A DNA stretch of 64,000 nt from assembly GCA_963678315.1 (NCBI GenBank), contig OY782781.1, positions 1,568,001 through 1,632,000 on the forward strand, written 5' to 3'. Below, piece by piece: positions 23,059-32,919 of this stretch (positions within the stretch are counted from its first letter, which is position 1; every line of letters starts with the position of its first letter). Under the pieces are notes generated by a model that had not been told where the DNA came from, made no database searches, and worked only from the letters and a program-made list of their open reading frames with translations. Source of the stretch: Candidatus Cloacimonadales bacterium. Its GTDB lineage: Bacteria; Cloacimonadota; Cloacimonadia; Cloacimonadales; JAFGVF01. The translations under genes and the position numbers were made by a program.

Positions 23059-23990
23059 TGAGAAAAATAGCACTTCTAGCTTTCATATTTGCTCTTAGTC
23101 TTTCTGCTTTAACAGCTTCTAGTAAGTATTTGTGGTCCACAGGGAGAACAATTGAATTAGTTGCTAACAAGATAGACTATAAAGACAATATTCTTGCTGT
23201 AGCAAATAATAATGTTGTCTATATATATAAAACTTTTGGTGTATCATCATTTACATTGAAAAGTTCTTATATTCTAGAAGAAGAAGTGCTTGATATTGAA
23301 GTATTATCAACGGGGGATGTTGGGATTGCTATCAACTCAATTTCAACAATATATACTGAAAATGATTCTGTTGATACCGTTGGTCGTGATATCGAAATAG
23401 AAATATTTAATGGCAATGATATAGATCAAGAAGGATCTAATTTATATGTAGCTAATCAGGATAAAGGTCTGACTATTTATAATTTAGGTAATAATGGGGT
23501 AGAGGATATTGTAAGCAATTATAGAAAAGAGTGGGGGCTTAATTCAATTGAACCCCAATGGCCACTTCTATATACTGCGAATAAACATGGAGTTGCTACA
23601 GTAAATTTAAGTAATCTTAAAAAACCTATGCCATTTGGAAATAATTATGATGTGTTTTCTACTTCTAAAGTAGCTTATTGTAATGATTATTTGTTTGCTG
23701 TATCTAGTAGAACCTTGAATATTCTAGACGTATCAATTCCTGGTAAACTGAAAAAATTTACATCAGAGGTCTTTCCTTACAATATTCACGATATCAAAGT
23801 CAAAGATAATGAAGTATTTGTAATTTTGGGAGATGGTGGATTTGTAATTTATCATATTGATGAGAATAAGGAAATTTATCAAACAGATTCTTATGATGAT
23901 GGGACATTTATTGAAGATATTGCCTTTATTGGAGATTATATTCTAGTTGTTAGAAGGAATCAAGATATAAAGATTGTAGGATATAATTAG
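23058..23990 (+). CDS. Secreted beta-propeller protein (LVIVD-repeat-like)
   Basis: Signal peptide; repeats such as LYVANQDKGLTIYN, LNILDVS.P, GDGGFVIY. Confidence 0.6.
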   Translation: MRKIALLAFIFALSLSALTASSKYLWSTGRTIELVANKIDYKDNILAVANNNVVYIYKTFGVSSFTLKSSYILEEEVLDIEVLSTGDVGIAINSISTIYTENDSVDTVGRDIEIEIFNGNDIDQEGSNLYVANQDKGLTIYNLGNNGVEDIVSNYRKEWGLNSIEPQWPLLYTANKHGVATVNLSNLKKPMPFGNNYDVFSTSKVAYCNDYLFAVSSRTLNILDVSIPGKLKKFTSEVFPYNIHDIKVKDNEVFVILGDGGFVIYHIDENKEIYQTDSYDDGTFIEDIAFIGDYILVVRRNQDIKIVGYN

Positions 23991-26755
23991 AATTTTGAAA
24001 CAGGTATAATGAACTCAATCTGATGCCTATCATTAGACCTATTAAATAAAAATGAGTAACGTAGACCTAGTTTTAATTCTATTTCATTAAACAATTTGTA
24101 GTCTAATAATATTTCTGTACCTGCTGAGTTACGCTCTATTTTTGTTTTATTATCATTACTATCCCTGACAGAGTTTGAGTAACATATAAATGGACTAGCA
24201 TATATCCTTTTTAAGTAAACAGTGTCCTTTATTCCTACTTCAGGATAAAAGAGACTAGTATACATCTTAAGTTTAGTATTTACTTGTCTATCAAATTCAA
24301 GATCATCAAAATAACCATAAGCTTTAGTCAGATTATCTGAAAATCTATATTCATTTTGGCTGTCTTCATTAACAAAGCTATTTTCTAAAAGAAAAGAATA
24401 GTTTTCCCAGAAGCTATCAAAAGAAAAATCTGCTTGAATTGTTATTTGTTCTGCATCAATTTCATCAACAGATTTCTTGTAGTTAATTGAATAGTATTGA
24501 CCTAAAGGAGAATAAAAATCATTTTGAGCTTTAGGAGCTAGTGATGTAAGGGATAAGGAAGTGTTTATATAATTAAAGGTTAAATCTGCTCTTTCTGTAA
24601 AATTAAATATACTTTTACTTCTGTATCTATCAAGATGATTAAGCCCTAATGAATAATTCATGTTACCATTATTGCTTCCTTCAATGAAATTAAGCGGTAA
24701 TATTAAACTAACACCATACATTATTTCTTCGTGATTATCATTTGAATGCCTTGAGTTAGAATGAGAAATTTCAGTTCGTATATTTGGATAAAAGGAAGAG
24801 AAAAGGCTTGATAATGATGTTTTCATGCCTAAGTTCTTAAAACTAAGTTTAGAAGTTGCGTTGATTGTAAAAGTCTTCATCGGGTTCCTAGAATAAGTAT
24901 AAATATTAGCTTCTCTCTGGTCATATTGCAATCTTAACGCCCTAAATCTTATTAGCTCGAACATTGGGTCTAACTGCTTTTCTCCTTTATAATATTTCTT
25001 AAGATTATCAATAATTATTGAACAATCATCTACAAGCATTTCATTTTTGTTCCACATTGTAGGAGTGAAGCTATTTTTATCTAATTGGATTATTCTTAGT
25101 TCCTTACCCCAATATTTGTTAGCAGTGTAGATTAAAGTATCTCCTTTTATATATGGATAGCAGACACTATTATCTGAATAAAAGGTTTGATAAGCAAGAC
25201 TATCATTCTGAGATAAATAGCAAACATTGTAAATATCATTAATTGGGTAAGTAAAGTAAATTGCCGAATCTGAAACATGTAAATCTTTTATAGGATCTGT
25301 TGAAAATGGAGTTAATACTTGTTCTTTTTTGGTGCTGATGTTATATTTAACAATTGCAGTCTGACCAAGAAAATTCTCAGCAATATAAACAATTGTATAT
25401 TGATCCAGCCAAGTAATCTTATTGAAACTCCAACAATTATTATTAGGAATATAGTATATTCTATCGCCAGTATCAAAATCTAAAATTGTAATGTTTTGAC
25501 TATATTTATCAGATATTCTTATTGTTGCAATTTTACTTTTATCTGGGGACATTTTTGGCTTAACAAAAATTTCATTAGTTTTAATGATTCTTTTCTTTCT
25601 GTTCTGTAAGTTATAAAATACTAATGAGCTATTTTCAATATTATTTAAATTTAGCTCTTTATGCTTTTCATTCCACAAAATATAAGGTTCATTAACATCA
25701 ATTTCAATATCATTCATGTACCCAATGGAGACAACTTTTTCAATTGAATCTTCACTTATTTGGATAACTTGTTTTGGGTGTTTATAGCTTTCTTTAACAG
25801 CAATAATATTACCGTTATTTAGTAAAAACGCTTGGGTTATTGAATTGTTGTATTGCTGATTTTGTGCGTAATAAGGGGAGCTTAGGTCAGGAGGTAGTAG
25901 ATTAATATCATGTAAGAATTGTCTCTTATAAAAGTTGTGAAAATCGTTATAAAATTCTTCAATTGTTATATCAGTATTTTTCTTAAAAGACCTAGAATAA
26001 GGATAGAAAAAGTATTCAAAATACTCTATATCGTTAACAATCGCTTGCCATCTTTCAGGTCCGTATCTTTGCAAAAAGTAGTTGCTTGCAAGAATTCCAA
26101 AATCTGTTAAGTTAGGAGTTTTATTTCTATATGAGCCATTTACTAAATTCTGATAAGGGATATATTTGTTGTAGAGTGCAAAATCTCTATAAGAATCATA
26201 AGTCTGAAGTTCAAGTCTTCTTCTGAAACTTTCTAATATAGCTTCATTGTATTCCTCTTTAGAAGAATGAAACCATTCTGGATAAATTATACTTTTTGTT
26301 GATTTTAAAGACTTACCTCTAGATATGTTATAAGTTAATTGTAAGACACTTTTCCTTAATTCTCTAGAATTAATTGTTAGTGGTATATCTACTAAATTTG
26401 ATATATTACTTAGCTCAATTTCATCATATGTAACTTGAGTTCGTTTATTCTTGTAAATGTAAGAATCAATAAATTTATTGAAATTAAAGTCTAGATTGTT
26501 AGCCACTGATTCTTTATCAATAACAATGTAGCCATCTTTTAAATAATCGTGTAAAGACTCGGTGTTGTTGTTAAGGTAGTCTATAAATGTAGCAATTAAC
26601 TTAGCTCTATACTCAAATTTCTCTTCATAAATTATTTTTGTATCGCCCACATCTATGTAGTACCAATTTGGAATTTCGAAGAATGAGTTTGCTTCTAATA
26701 AAGATAAGGCAATGGATAATATTGTCGATATAAGTAAGGATTTAGATTTAATCAT
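23987..26755 (-). CDS. Outer-membrane protein: degenerate peptidase-like N-domain, TolB-like propeller, C-terminal beta-barrel
   Basis: Signal peptide; P.WF motif; PKMSPDKSKIA WD40/PD40-like repeat; alternating beta-strands; C-terminal Phe. Confidence 0.6.
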   Translation of the reverse strand: MIKSKSLLISTILSIALSLLEANSFFEIPNWYYIDVGDTKIIYEEKFEYRAKLIATFIDYLNNNTESLHDYLKDGYIVIDKESVANNLDFNFNKFIDSYIYKNKRTQVTYDEIELSNISNLVDIPLTINSRELRKSVLQLTYNISRGKSLKSTKSIIYPEWFHSSKEEYNEAILESFRRRLELQTYDSYRDFALYNKYIPYQNLVNGSYRNKTPNLTDFGILASNYFLQRYGPERWQAIVNDIEYFEYFFYPYSRSFKKNTDITIEEFYNDFHNFYKRQFLHDINLLPPDLSSPYYAQNQQYNNSITQAFLLNNGNIIAVKESYKHPKQVIQISEDSIEKVVSIGYMNDIEIDVNEPYILWNEKHKELNLNNIENSSLVFYNLQNRKKRIIKTNEIFVKPKMSPDKSKIATIRISDKYSQNITILDFDTGDRIYYIPNNNCWSFNKITWLDQYTIVYIAENFLGQTAIVKYNISTKKEQVLTPFSTDPIKDLHVSDSAIYFTYPINDIYNVCYLSQNDSLAYQTFYSDNSVCYPYIKGDTLIYTANKYWGKELRIIQLDKNSFTPTMWNKNEMLVDDCSIIIDNLKKYYKGEKQLDPMFELIRFRALRLQYDQREANIYTYSRNPMKTFTINATSKLSFKNLGMKTSLSSLFSSFYPNIRTEISHSNSRHSNDNHEEIMYGVSLILPLNFIEGSNNGNMNYSLGLNHLDRYRSKSIFNFTERADLTFNYINTSLSLTSLAPKAQNDFYSPLGQYYSINYKKSVDEIDAEQITIQADFSFDSFWENYSFLLENSFVNEDSQNEYRFSDNLTKAYGYFDDLEFDRQVNTKLKMYTSLFYPEVGIKDTVYLKRIYASPFICYSNSVRDSNDNKTKIERNSAGTEILLDYKLFNEIELKLGLRYSFLFNRSNDRHQIEFIIPVSKF

Positions 26756-26779
26756 AGCATCAACAATAAGGTCAAATTA

Positions 26780-27514
26780 CTATTTCAAAGCAGTATAAAC
26801 GCTTAACATAAATGATAGAGTTGCTAAAACTGCAGTATAAATGTGCCAAGGAAATTCTCTAGGGGGAGGAATAATAATTGTATCGCCAGCATTGATAATA
26901 AGCTGATCTTCAAACTCACTAATTTCTTCAGAAAACCAGATATCCTCAATATTTACATTGAAGACCTCTCCATCAACTCTAATGATTCTTATAATTGATA
27001 CATCACGGATATTTGTTATTCCTTTTGCTAGTGCAAGGGCGTCAGTAAGTTTCATTGATTCATATATTTGAAAGTCTCCAGGTTGATTCACATAACCTAA
27101 AATACTTATTTTATGTCCATAAATTTTATCTACATAGATAGTTACAACTGGTATCGTTACATAGGGTAAGAGCTTTTTCTCTATTATTTCCCTTAGCTTT
27201 GAAACAGTCATGTTTTCTACCCTAATATTACCAAGTAGGGGATATTCTATTCCTCCATCAGGTAGAACTTTGATACCCTTTTTGGTAAATTCACCGTGCT
27301 CCATTACTATTATAGAAATCTGATCACCTTTTTGTAGTCTATATTGCTCATCTAAAGATACAGAAAGAGAATCATTTGGTTCCAAATCAGTAGATGTAAG
27401 ATTCTTAATAATATCATCTTTAGTTATCATAGGTATTGAATCATCGTAAATATCCTGTCCACTAAGTGAAAACAAGAATCCAAGCATTACAATTAAGATA
27501 AAAAGCTTTTTCAT
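26780..27514 (-). CDS. wza: Polysaccharide export protein (OPX/Wza family, short form)
   Basis: YRLQKGDQISI...VLPDGGIEYPLLG poly-export motif; SLBB ILGYVNQPG...LTDALALAKG; GDTIIIP; C-terminal hydrophobic helix. Confidence 0.88.
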   Translation of the reverse strand: MKKLFILIVMLGFLFSLSGQDIYDDSIPMITKDDIIKNLTSTDLEPNDSLSVSLDEQYRLQKGDQISIIVMEHGEFTKKGIKVLPDGGIEYPLLGNIRVENMTVSKLREIIEKKLLPYVTIPVVTIYVDKIYGHKISILGYVNQPGDFQIYESMKLTDALALAKGITNIRDVSIIRIIRVDGEVFNVNIEDIWFSEEISEFEDQLIINAGDTIIIPPPREFPWHIYTAVLATLSFMLSVYTALK

Positions 27515-28618
27515 TTAATCTCCAACTCTCTTTAAATCTTCTTTAAACTGTTTATAGGTATCAAGGTTAGTATCCCAGTATTTCTTTCCATTTATTCTTC
27601 TTACTACTCCAGGTAAAGTATAGAACTCAATCTTGGCATTCTTCATTGAAGATACTCTTCTTGCTACAGCCATAGCAAATTTAGGGTCGATATTAGTATC
27701 TGCTTCACTTAGAATTTGAGGTCCTACCTTTGATGAAATAAAGAAATCCATAGACTTAAACTTTTTATACAATTCTCTCATAAAGTCCTTTTGTCGTTTT
27801 ATTCTATTGTGTGAACCTGTAGTTACATCAATCTTTCGCATATCTTCTGAAATGTATGTAATATATCTCCAGGAAGTATAGCCATCAATAATGTGTATAC
27901 CTGAGTTAATTCTATACTGTTTAGCAAATTCCTTAGGTATATCTACCTTAATACCCTGCAAATGATCGATAAACTTCATCCAAGATTTCCTGTCATGGGC
28001 GAAATAGTGATTAATATCTAGTGAAGTTAGAGCTTCTACAGATTTTACTAGAGAGCTTGGTCCTCCAATTAGATACATCTCATATAAGGTTCTTAGTTCT
28101 TTGTTAGAATTTGGAATTATGGTATACCAAGGAATGTGTCCTACCTTGATTAACTCCAATTCTGGATAAACAGTTATTAGAATAAAGGTTCTAGGCAATC
28201 CAGCATATACTATGTTAACTTCTTCAATATCTTGCTTGTAGTTCTTTAGTTTTACTTCTGGTTCAGAATAAACTTTAACAGGTTTAGGTTCTTTTTTTGA
28301 TAATGTAGAAGAATAAGGAATACAGTAAGTTTCCCAAGGAGTCAAAAGTTGGTTTATATCAACTTTTTCAAGATTAGCATTTGGAGTAATTCCTTTGGCT
28401 TTTTGAATTAGTTCATAAAGAGTTTCACCTTCAGTTATTGGGTAAACTCCTCTATCAACTACTGCTCCTCCAATTCCGGCATAGATAGTCTTATCTATTA
28501 CAGTGCAAGTTCTGAGAGACAGCAATATAATAATAACTATAGCCACACAAAGAATTATAGAAATAGCAGCACCAATACGTTTACCTTTATCATAGGAATA
28601 GTGATTATTTTTAGTCAT
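27515..28618 (-). CDS. TM-SLBB-LCP (LytR/CpsA/Psr) fusion protein with degenerate LCP motifs
   Basis: IGGAVVDRGVY...LIQKAKG...NL ComEA-like SLBB; LVKSVEALTSLDINHY, FIDHLQGIKVD, RIKRQ, TNI and TLPG of the LCP fold. Confidence 0.75.
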   Translation of the reverse strand: MTKNNHYSYDKGKRIGAAISIILCVAIVIIILLSLRTCTVIDKTIYAGIGGAVVDRGVYPITEGETLYELIQKAKGITPNANLEKVDINQLLTPWETYCIPYSSTLSKKEPKPVKVYSEPEVKLKNYKQDIEEVNIVYAGLPRTFILITVYPELELIKVGHIPWYTIIPNSNKELRTLYEMYLIGGPSSLVKSVEALTSLDINHYFAHDRKSWMKFIDHLQGIKVDIPKEFAKQYRINSGIHIIDGYTSWRYITYISEDMRKIDVTTGSHNRIKRQKDFMRELYKKFKSMDFFISSKVGPQILSEADTNIDPKFAMAVARRVSSMKNAKIEFYTLPGVVRRINGKKYWDTNLDTYKQFKEDLKRVGD

Positions 28619-31388
28619 AATCTATATCATCAGAAAGACCGAACACTTTCTTAATTTTGTTTAAGTACTTCTCAAACTTTGTTGGCTTATGATTTTTACT
28701 GTATGTTGATTCAAATTCATCATCGATTTCTTTATCTCTTTGGGATGACAAACCAACAAACTCGTCTTCATCGTCGTCATCAATATCATTTTGGAAGGTA
28801 AAGTTTTTTAGATAGTTTACTAACTTCATAAACCAGTCCTTACTGACAAAGTGACTTTCTTTTTTCTTTCCACTTTTCTTATGCTTTTTCTTTACTTTTT
28901 CATTATCTTTATAATAGTAATAATATTCGTAACCGTAGTAGTAGTCGTTGTAAGCTGTGTCGAAAATATCATTAGTTACTGAATTTGCAATAAATCCAGC
29001 ATTTCTTATACCTATTACATCAAGCTTTTTCGCCATTCTTCTAATGTTCTTAGTTGTAGTTAGATTCATTTTGGTTGCAGTCAGAACACAATCAAGATGA
29101 CTAAGTAAAATTGATGTTTCAGGGAAATACATAGACGCTGGTGTATCAATTATTACAATATCATAATCTTCTTTTAACTTTTCAAGATATTGAACAAACT
29201 TAGGACTATGGTATAGTTGATTAACACTTGGTGGTTTCTTCCCTGAAGGTAGAACATTCAAGTTTTGAATCCTAGTCTCAACAATAGCTTCTTCAAGATT
29301 TACTTGCTCGGATAGTACTTCTGAGAAACCAACGAGATGAGACATTTTATGGTACCTAGAAACTCTAGGATTATAAAAATCTGCATCAACGAGAAGAACT
29401 CTCTTATTATGCTTGGCTGTGGCTATTGCAAGGAAGTTAGTAATTGTAGATTTACCTTCACCTTTTATTGAGCTAATCACACCAATGATATTTTTTTCTC
29501 TATTTAGAATTAAGTACTTGAAGTTTAATGAAATTTCTTCGAAAACTTTAAGCAGGACATCTTTTTTATCTTCAATTTCTGCCTGATCTTTAGAAGTAAA
29601 AACATTTAAATCTAGTGGAGAGAAGTTAAGTTGTGGTATTGTTCCAATTACAGGAATATTCGGGAAATTATTAATTAACTCTTTTACAGTACGTATTTTG
29701 TTATCTAACATGTTAAGAAGAAGAGCAATACCATAACCAAGACCCAATCCTAGAATTAAACCTATAAGAAGGTTCATCTTTAATTTATTATTAGATGGTT
29801 TTGTTGGTATTTCAGCTTCTTGTAATTGAACTATTCTACTTGCTTCAATATTTTCGCTTAACCTTGTTTGATTTAGTTGAGCTTGAAGATTCAACCTGAT
29901 AACATCAAACGATTTTTTTAAACTCTGTAACTTATTTAACTTAGAAGTATCTTTATCATTTAACTCCATTGAAGCTATAACTTTATCAAGAGCTTTAATC
30001 TTTTGTGTTAATGAAATCTCAGTTGTCTGAGCTTTAATTAAGTCACTAAGTAATTGCTGTTTTAAAGGATTTTGACCAATACTCTTAAATTGTACATTTT
30101 TTTCAGCTCCTTCTTGAATAAGGTGCTCTAAATTAGTAATATTTGTTTTTATTCCTAGAACCTTTGGATGGTTTTCACCATATTTTGTTAAGGCACGTGC
30201 TAGGTCTACTTCAAGATTTAATAATCTCATTTTGAGAGGCTCACTATAAGTTGTCTCCGAAATATAAGAATTATCTTCTTCTTTTATCTTTTTCTCAAGC
30301 TCTGCAATATTGGCTTGTTGAGATTCAAGTTCAACTTTATAAGTTGTTCTCATATCTTTAAATGAATTTAATCTTTTTAGGTTAACTTCAACATTATTAT
30401 CATTGAAATTTTTACCAGCATATAACTTCTTTATTTCAACATCTAAAGAATCAATATCCTTATTCTTTTTGTCTAATTGATCCTCAAGATACATAATTGA
30501 CTTAGCATAACTATCAGTTCTAATAGCTAAATCATATTCATTTAATGCAATAAAATAATTATTTGCAATAGATGCTGCTATATTGGGATTAATATGGTTA
30601 ACATTGATTGTAAGAATATTCTCGACATCGCGTTCAGATGTGCAAGTCATGGAAGCTTTTGCTTGTCCTGGAGTAATAAAGTTGTTCATTAGCTTTGATA
30701 CTCTAGATGAAAGTTCTGACGAATTTATTATTTGAATCCAAGTTTTTAAATCCATCTCTTCTTTGAAATATTGTTTCTGATTTATCAAGTTCATCTCAAT
30801 TAAATTATCTTTAATCAAGATCTGTGTAGAAGAAGTGTATTTTGGAACTTGATACATAGAAAATAAATAAGCTACCAAAATAGCTGTAATTGTGCTCAAT
30901 AAAATCAATAGCTTGTAACGATAAGCTATCTCCAAGTAGTCCATAATATTAACTTCATCTTCAAAGATATTCTTTTTCTGTGCTACATCATTATATTCAT
31001 AACTTGTCTCATTATGATTAGTTAGGTTCTCTGGACTTTTAGTGTTGTGTAGAGTCTTACCAGAGTTATTAATCTCTTTTATTACTTCTTTTTGAGGTAA
31101 CTCAACAGTTGGATTCTTCCCTGGTTTATGATCTATATCTTCTGTATTGCTAGCTTTTGCCCTTTCAGAAGGCGATATTGTTTCTTCTTGCTCTTTTATA
31201 CCTTTAAGTTTTTGGTCATTTTCTTTAAGGTTAGAGTAAGGGGTGCCTATGGAAGCTGTTTCACTAGAATCAACAAAAATAGATCTCTTTTCAGAAATGT
31301 TATTGGCTGACTCTTTATTTAAATCAATTTCAACATTGCTTTTTCTTTTTTTTCTTAGGTCTGATATTGATAATCTTTTTTGTGTCAT
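28611..31388 (-). CDS. wzc: Wzc-type polysaccharide co-polymerase / BY tyrosine autokinase
   Basis: Two TMs flanking coiled coils with YGENHPKV; Walker A GEGKST, A' VDAD, B IDTP; Tyr cluster YNDYYYGYEYYYYY. Confidence 0.92.
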   Translation of the reverse strand: MTQKRLSISDLRKKRKSNVEIDLNKESANNISEKRSIFVDSSETASIGTPYSNLKENDQKLKGIKEQEETISPSERAKASNTEDIDHKPGKNPTVELPQKEVIKEINNSGKTLHNTKSPENLTNHNETSYEYNDVAQKKNIFEDEVNIMDYLEIAYRYKLLILLSTITAILVAYLFSMYQVPKYTSSTQILIKDNLIEMNLINQKQYFKEEMDLKTWIQIINSSELSSRVSKLMNNFITPGQAKASMTCTSERDVENILTINVNHINPNIAASIANNYFIALNEYDLAIRTDSYAKSIMYLEDQLDKKNKDIDSLDVEIKKLYAGKNFNDNNVEVNLKRLNSFKDMRTTYKVELESQQANIAELEKKIKEEDNSYISETTYSEPLKMRLLNLEVDLARALTKYGENHPKVLGIKTNITNLEHLIQEGAEKNVQFKSIGQNPLKQQLLSDLIKAQTTEISLTQKIKALDKVIASMELNDKDTSKLNKLQSLKKSFDVIRLNLQAQLNQTRLSENIEASRIVQLQEAEIPTKPSNNKLKMNLLIGLILGLGLGYGIALLLNMLDNKIRTVKELINNFPNIPVIGTIPQLNFSPLDLNVFTSKDQAEIEDKKDVLLKVFEEISLNFKYLILNREKNIIGVISSIKGEGKSTITNFLAIATAKHNKRVLLVDADFYNPRVSRYHKMSHLVGFSEVLSEQVNLEEAIVETRIQNLNVLPSGKKPPSVNQLYHSPKFVQYLEKLKEDYDIVIIDTPASMYFPETSILLSHLDCVLTATKMNLTTTKNIRRMAKKLDVIGIRNAGFIANSVTNDIFDTAYNDYYYGYEYYYYYKDNEKVKKKHKKSGKKKESHFVSKDWFMKLVNYLKNFTFQNDIDDDDEDEFVGLSSQRDKEIDDEFESTYSKNHKPTKFEKYLNKIKKVFGLSDDIDYD

Positions 31389-32227
31389 TAAATATAGCTA
31401 CCGTTATTCTCTAAATCTTGAAATATTATTTCCATTAGTTCATTATCAATAATCTTGATCTCTTCTGTAGAAGCAATATCCATCGCTATTTTACAAGCTC
31501 TGTTGATTTCTCTTGGAATACCATGTGTTTTTCTATTTATAAGCTTACTTGCTTCTTCAGTGAATATCTCATCTTTCGCACCAGCAATTTTTAGTCTATG
31601 TTTAATATAATCTATTGTGTCAGTTTCGGACATATTTGTTAAATGATATCTCATACCAATTCTTTGGTCAACTTGAGGTAATTTCTTAACATTATTCATT
31701 AAAGAAGGTTGACCTATCAATATTATAATTATTGGGCAAGAAAAACCTATTGTGATGTTAGTTAAATCCTTTATATAATCCAAATCTTTACTGGCAATTT
31801 TCTGAGCTTCATCAAATAATAGATAAAGGCTATTCTTATTACTAACTATATTGTTCTCTAAGAACTTTTTTAGCTTTAATTCCAGATAATAACGTTTTGA
31901 TGGCAATGATTCAGGATCTTGTCCAGTTATTTGCCATAGGACTTCTGTAAGAATCTCACTATAATTATAGGTTGTAGAATTTATGTTAACGATAAAGTTA
32001 TTAGGATGTTTTCTTCTTAGTTCCTCAATTAAAACTAGTTTGGATATGGTTTTTCCTGTACCAACTTCTCCGCTTAGCATACCCATTTGCATAGAACCAG
32101 ATTCTGTAACGTATTTTAAGCGTTCTAGAGCTTCCAAATGGTCAGAACTTTTATAATAGAATTGAGGGTCATTATTGTCTTGGAAGGGGGGTAATTTCAA
32201 CCCCCAAAAAGAAAAATAATCTATCAT
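31388..32227 (-). CDS. ExeA/GspA-family AAA ATPase (no C-terminal PG-binding domain)
   Basis: FWGLK.PPF....DP.FYY.S..H.EAL; GEVGTGKT; FDEAQ; LIGQP; QRI; THGIPREINRAC. Confidence 0.9.
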   Translation of the reverse strand: MIDYFSFWGLKLPPFQDNNDPQFYYKSSDHLEALERLKYVTESGSMQMGMLSGEVGTGKTISKLVLIEELRRKHPNNFIVNINSTTYNYSEILTEVLWQITGQDPESLPSKRYYLELKLKKFLENNIVSNKNSLYLLFDEAQKIASKDLDYIKDLTNITIGFSCPIIIILIGQPSLMNNVKKLPQVDQRIGMRYHLTNMSETDTIDYIKHRLKIAGAKDEIFTEEASKLINRKTHGIPREINRACKIAMDIASTEEIKIIDNELMEIIFQDLENNGSYI

Positions 32228-32919
32228 TAGCTATCCTTTTTTTTGCTGAGTTTAATTTCTACTCTTCTATTTTTTTCTCTATTAGCTGGTGAATCGTTAG
32301 GGACAAGAGGTTTGAATTCACCATAGCCCATTATTTGTAATTGGTCAGGAGTAAAATAACTATTTCTTAAAAAGAATTTAACTATACTCAAAGCTCTTGC
32401 AGTTGATAATTCCCAGTTAGATGGATATTTTGAATTAGCAATTGGGATATTATCTGTGTGCCCTTCAATCCTTATGCTCCAATCTCCACCATCTGAAACA
32501 GTTTGTTCTATTGATTGGGCAATTTTTAACAGTGGTTTATGTGAATTCCATCTAAGTTCTGCTTTACCACTTTCAAATAGGATTTCTCCTGGAACAGAAA
32601 TAACTCTTTCATTTAAATCAGATATTGCTGAATATTCAGTTGAATCAACAGCTACTTGATTTTCAGCAATGACTTTTTGTTGAGCTTCTGATATTGTTTT
32701 CCATCCCAACTCACTATCTCTAACCAAATAGAAGAACACAAAGAAAATCAGTAGCAGAGTCATCAAGTCTGAATAGGGTACTAAGCTTGTATAGAAACCA
32801 GAAAAATCATTTTCTGGAGATTCTTCAAACAAGGCACTCATTGATGATATATCTGACCTATCTTCTTTTAAAATCTTCTGTACTTGATTATGAGTTGTAG
32901 ACTCTTTATTATTAAGCAT
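32227..32919 (-). CDS. motB: Stator subunit MotB/PomB-like (TM plus OmpA-like PG-binding domain)
   Basis: LVPYSDLMTLLLIFF with the ion-binding Asp; LFESGKA; IEGHTDNIPI; SNWELSTARA; NRRVEI. Confidence 0.92.
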   Translation of the reverse strand: MLNNKESTTHNQVQKILKEDRSDISSMSALFEESPENDFSGFYTSLVPYSDLMTLLLIFFVFFYLVRDSELGWKTISEAQQKVIAENQVAVDSTEYSAISDLNERVISVPGEILFESGKAELRWNSHKPLLKIAQSIEQTVSDGGDWSIRIEGHTDNIPIANSKYPSNWELSTARALSIVKFFLRNSYFTPDQLQIMGYGEFKPLVPNDSPANREKNRRVEIKLSKKKDS

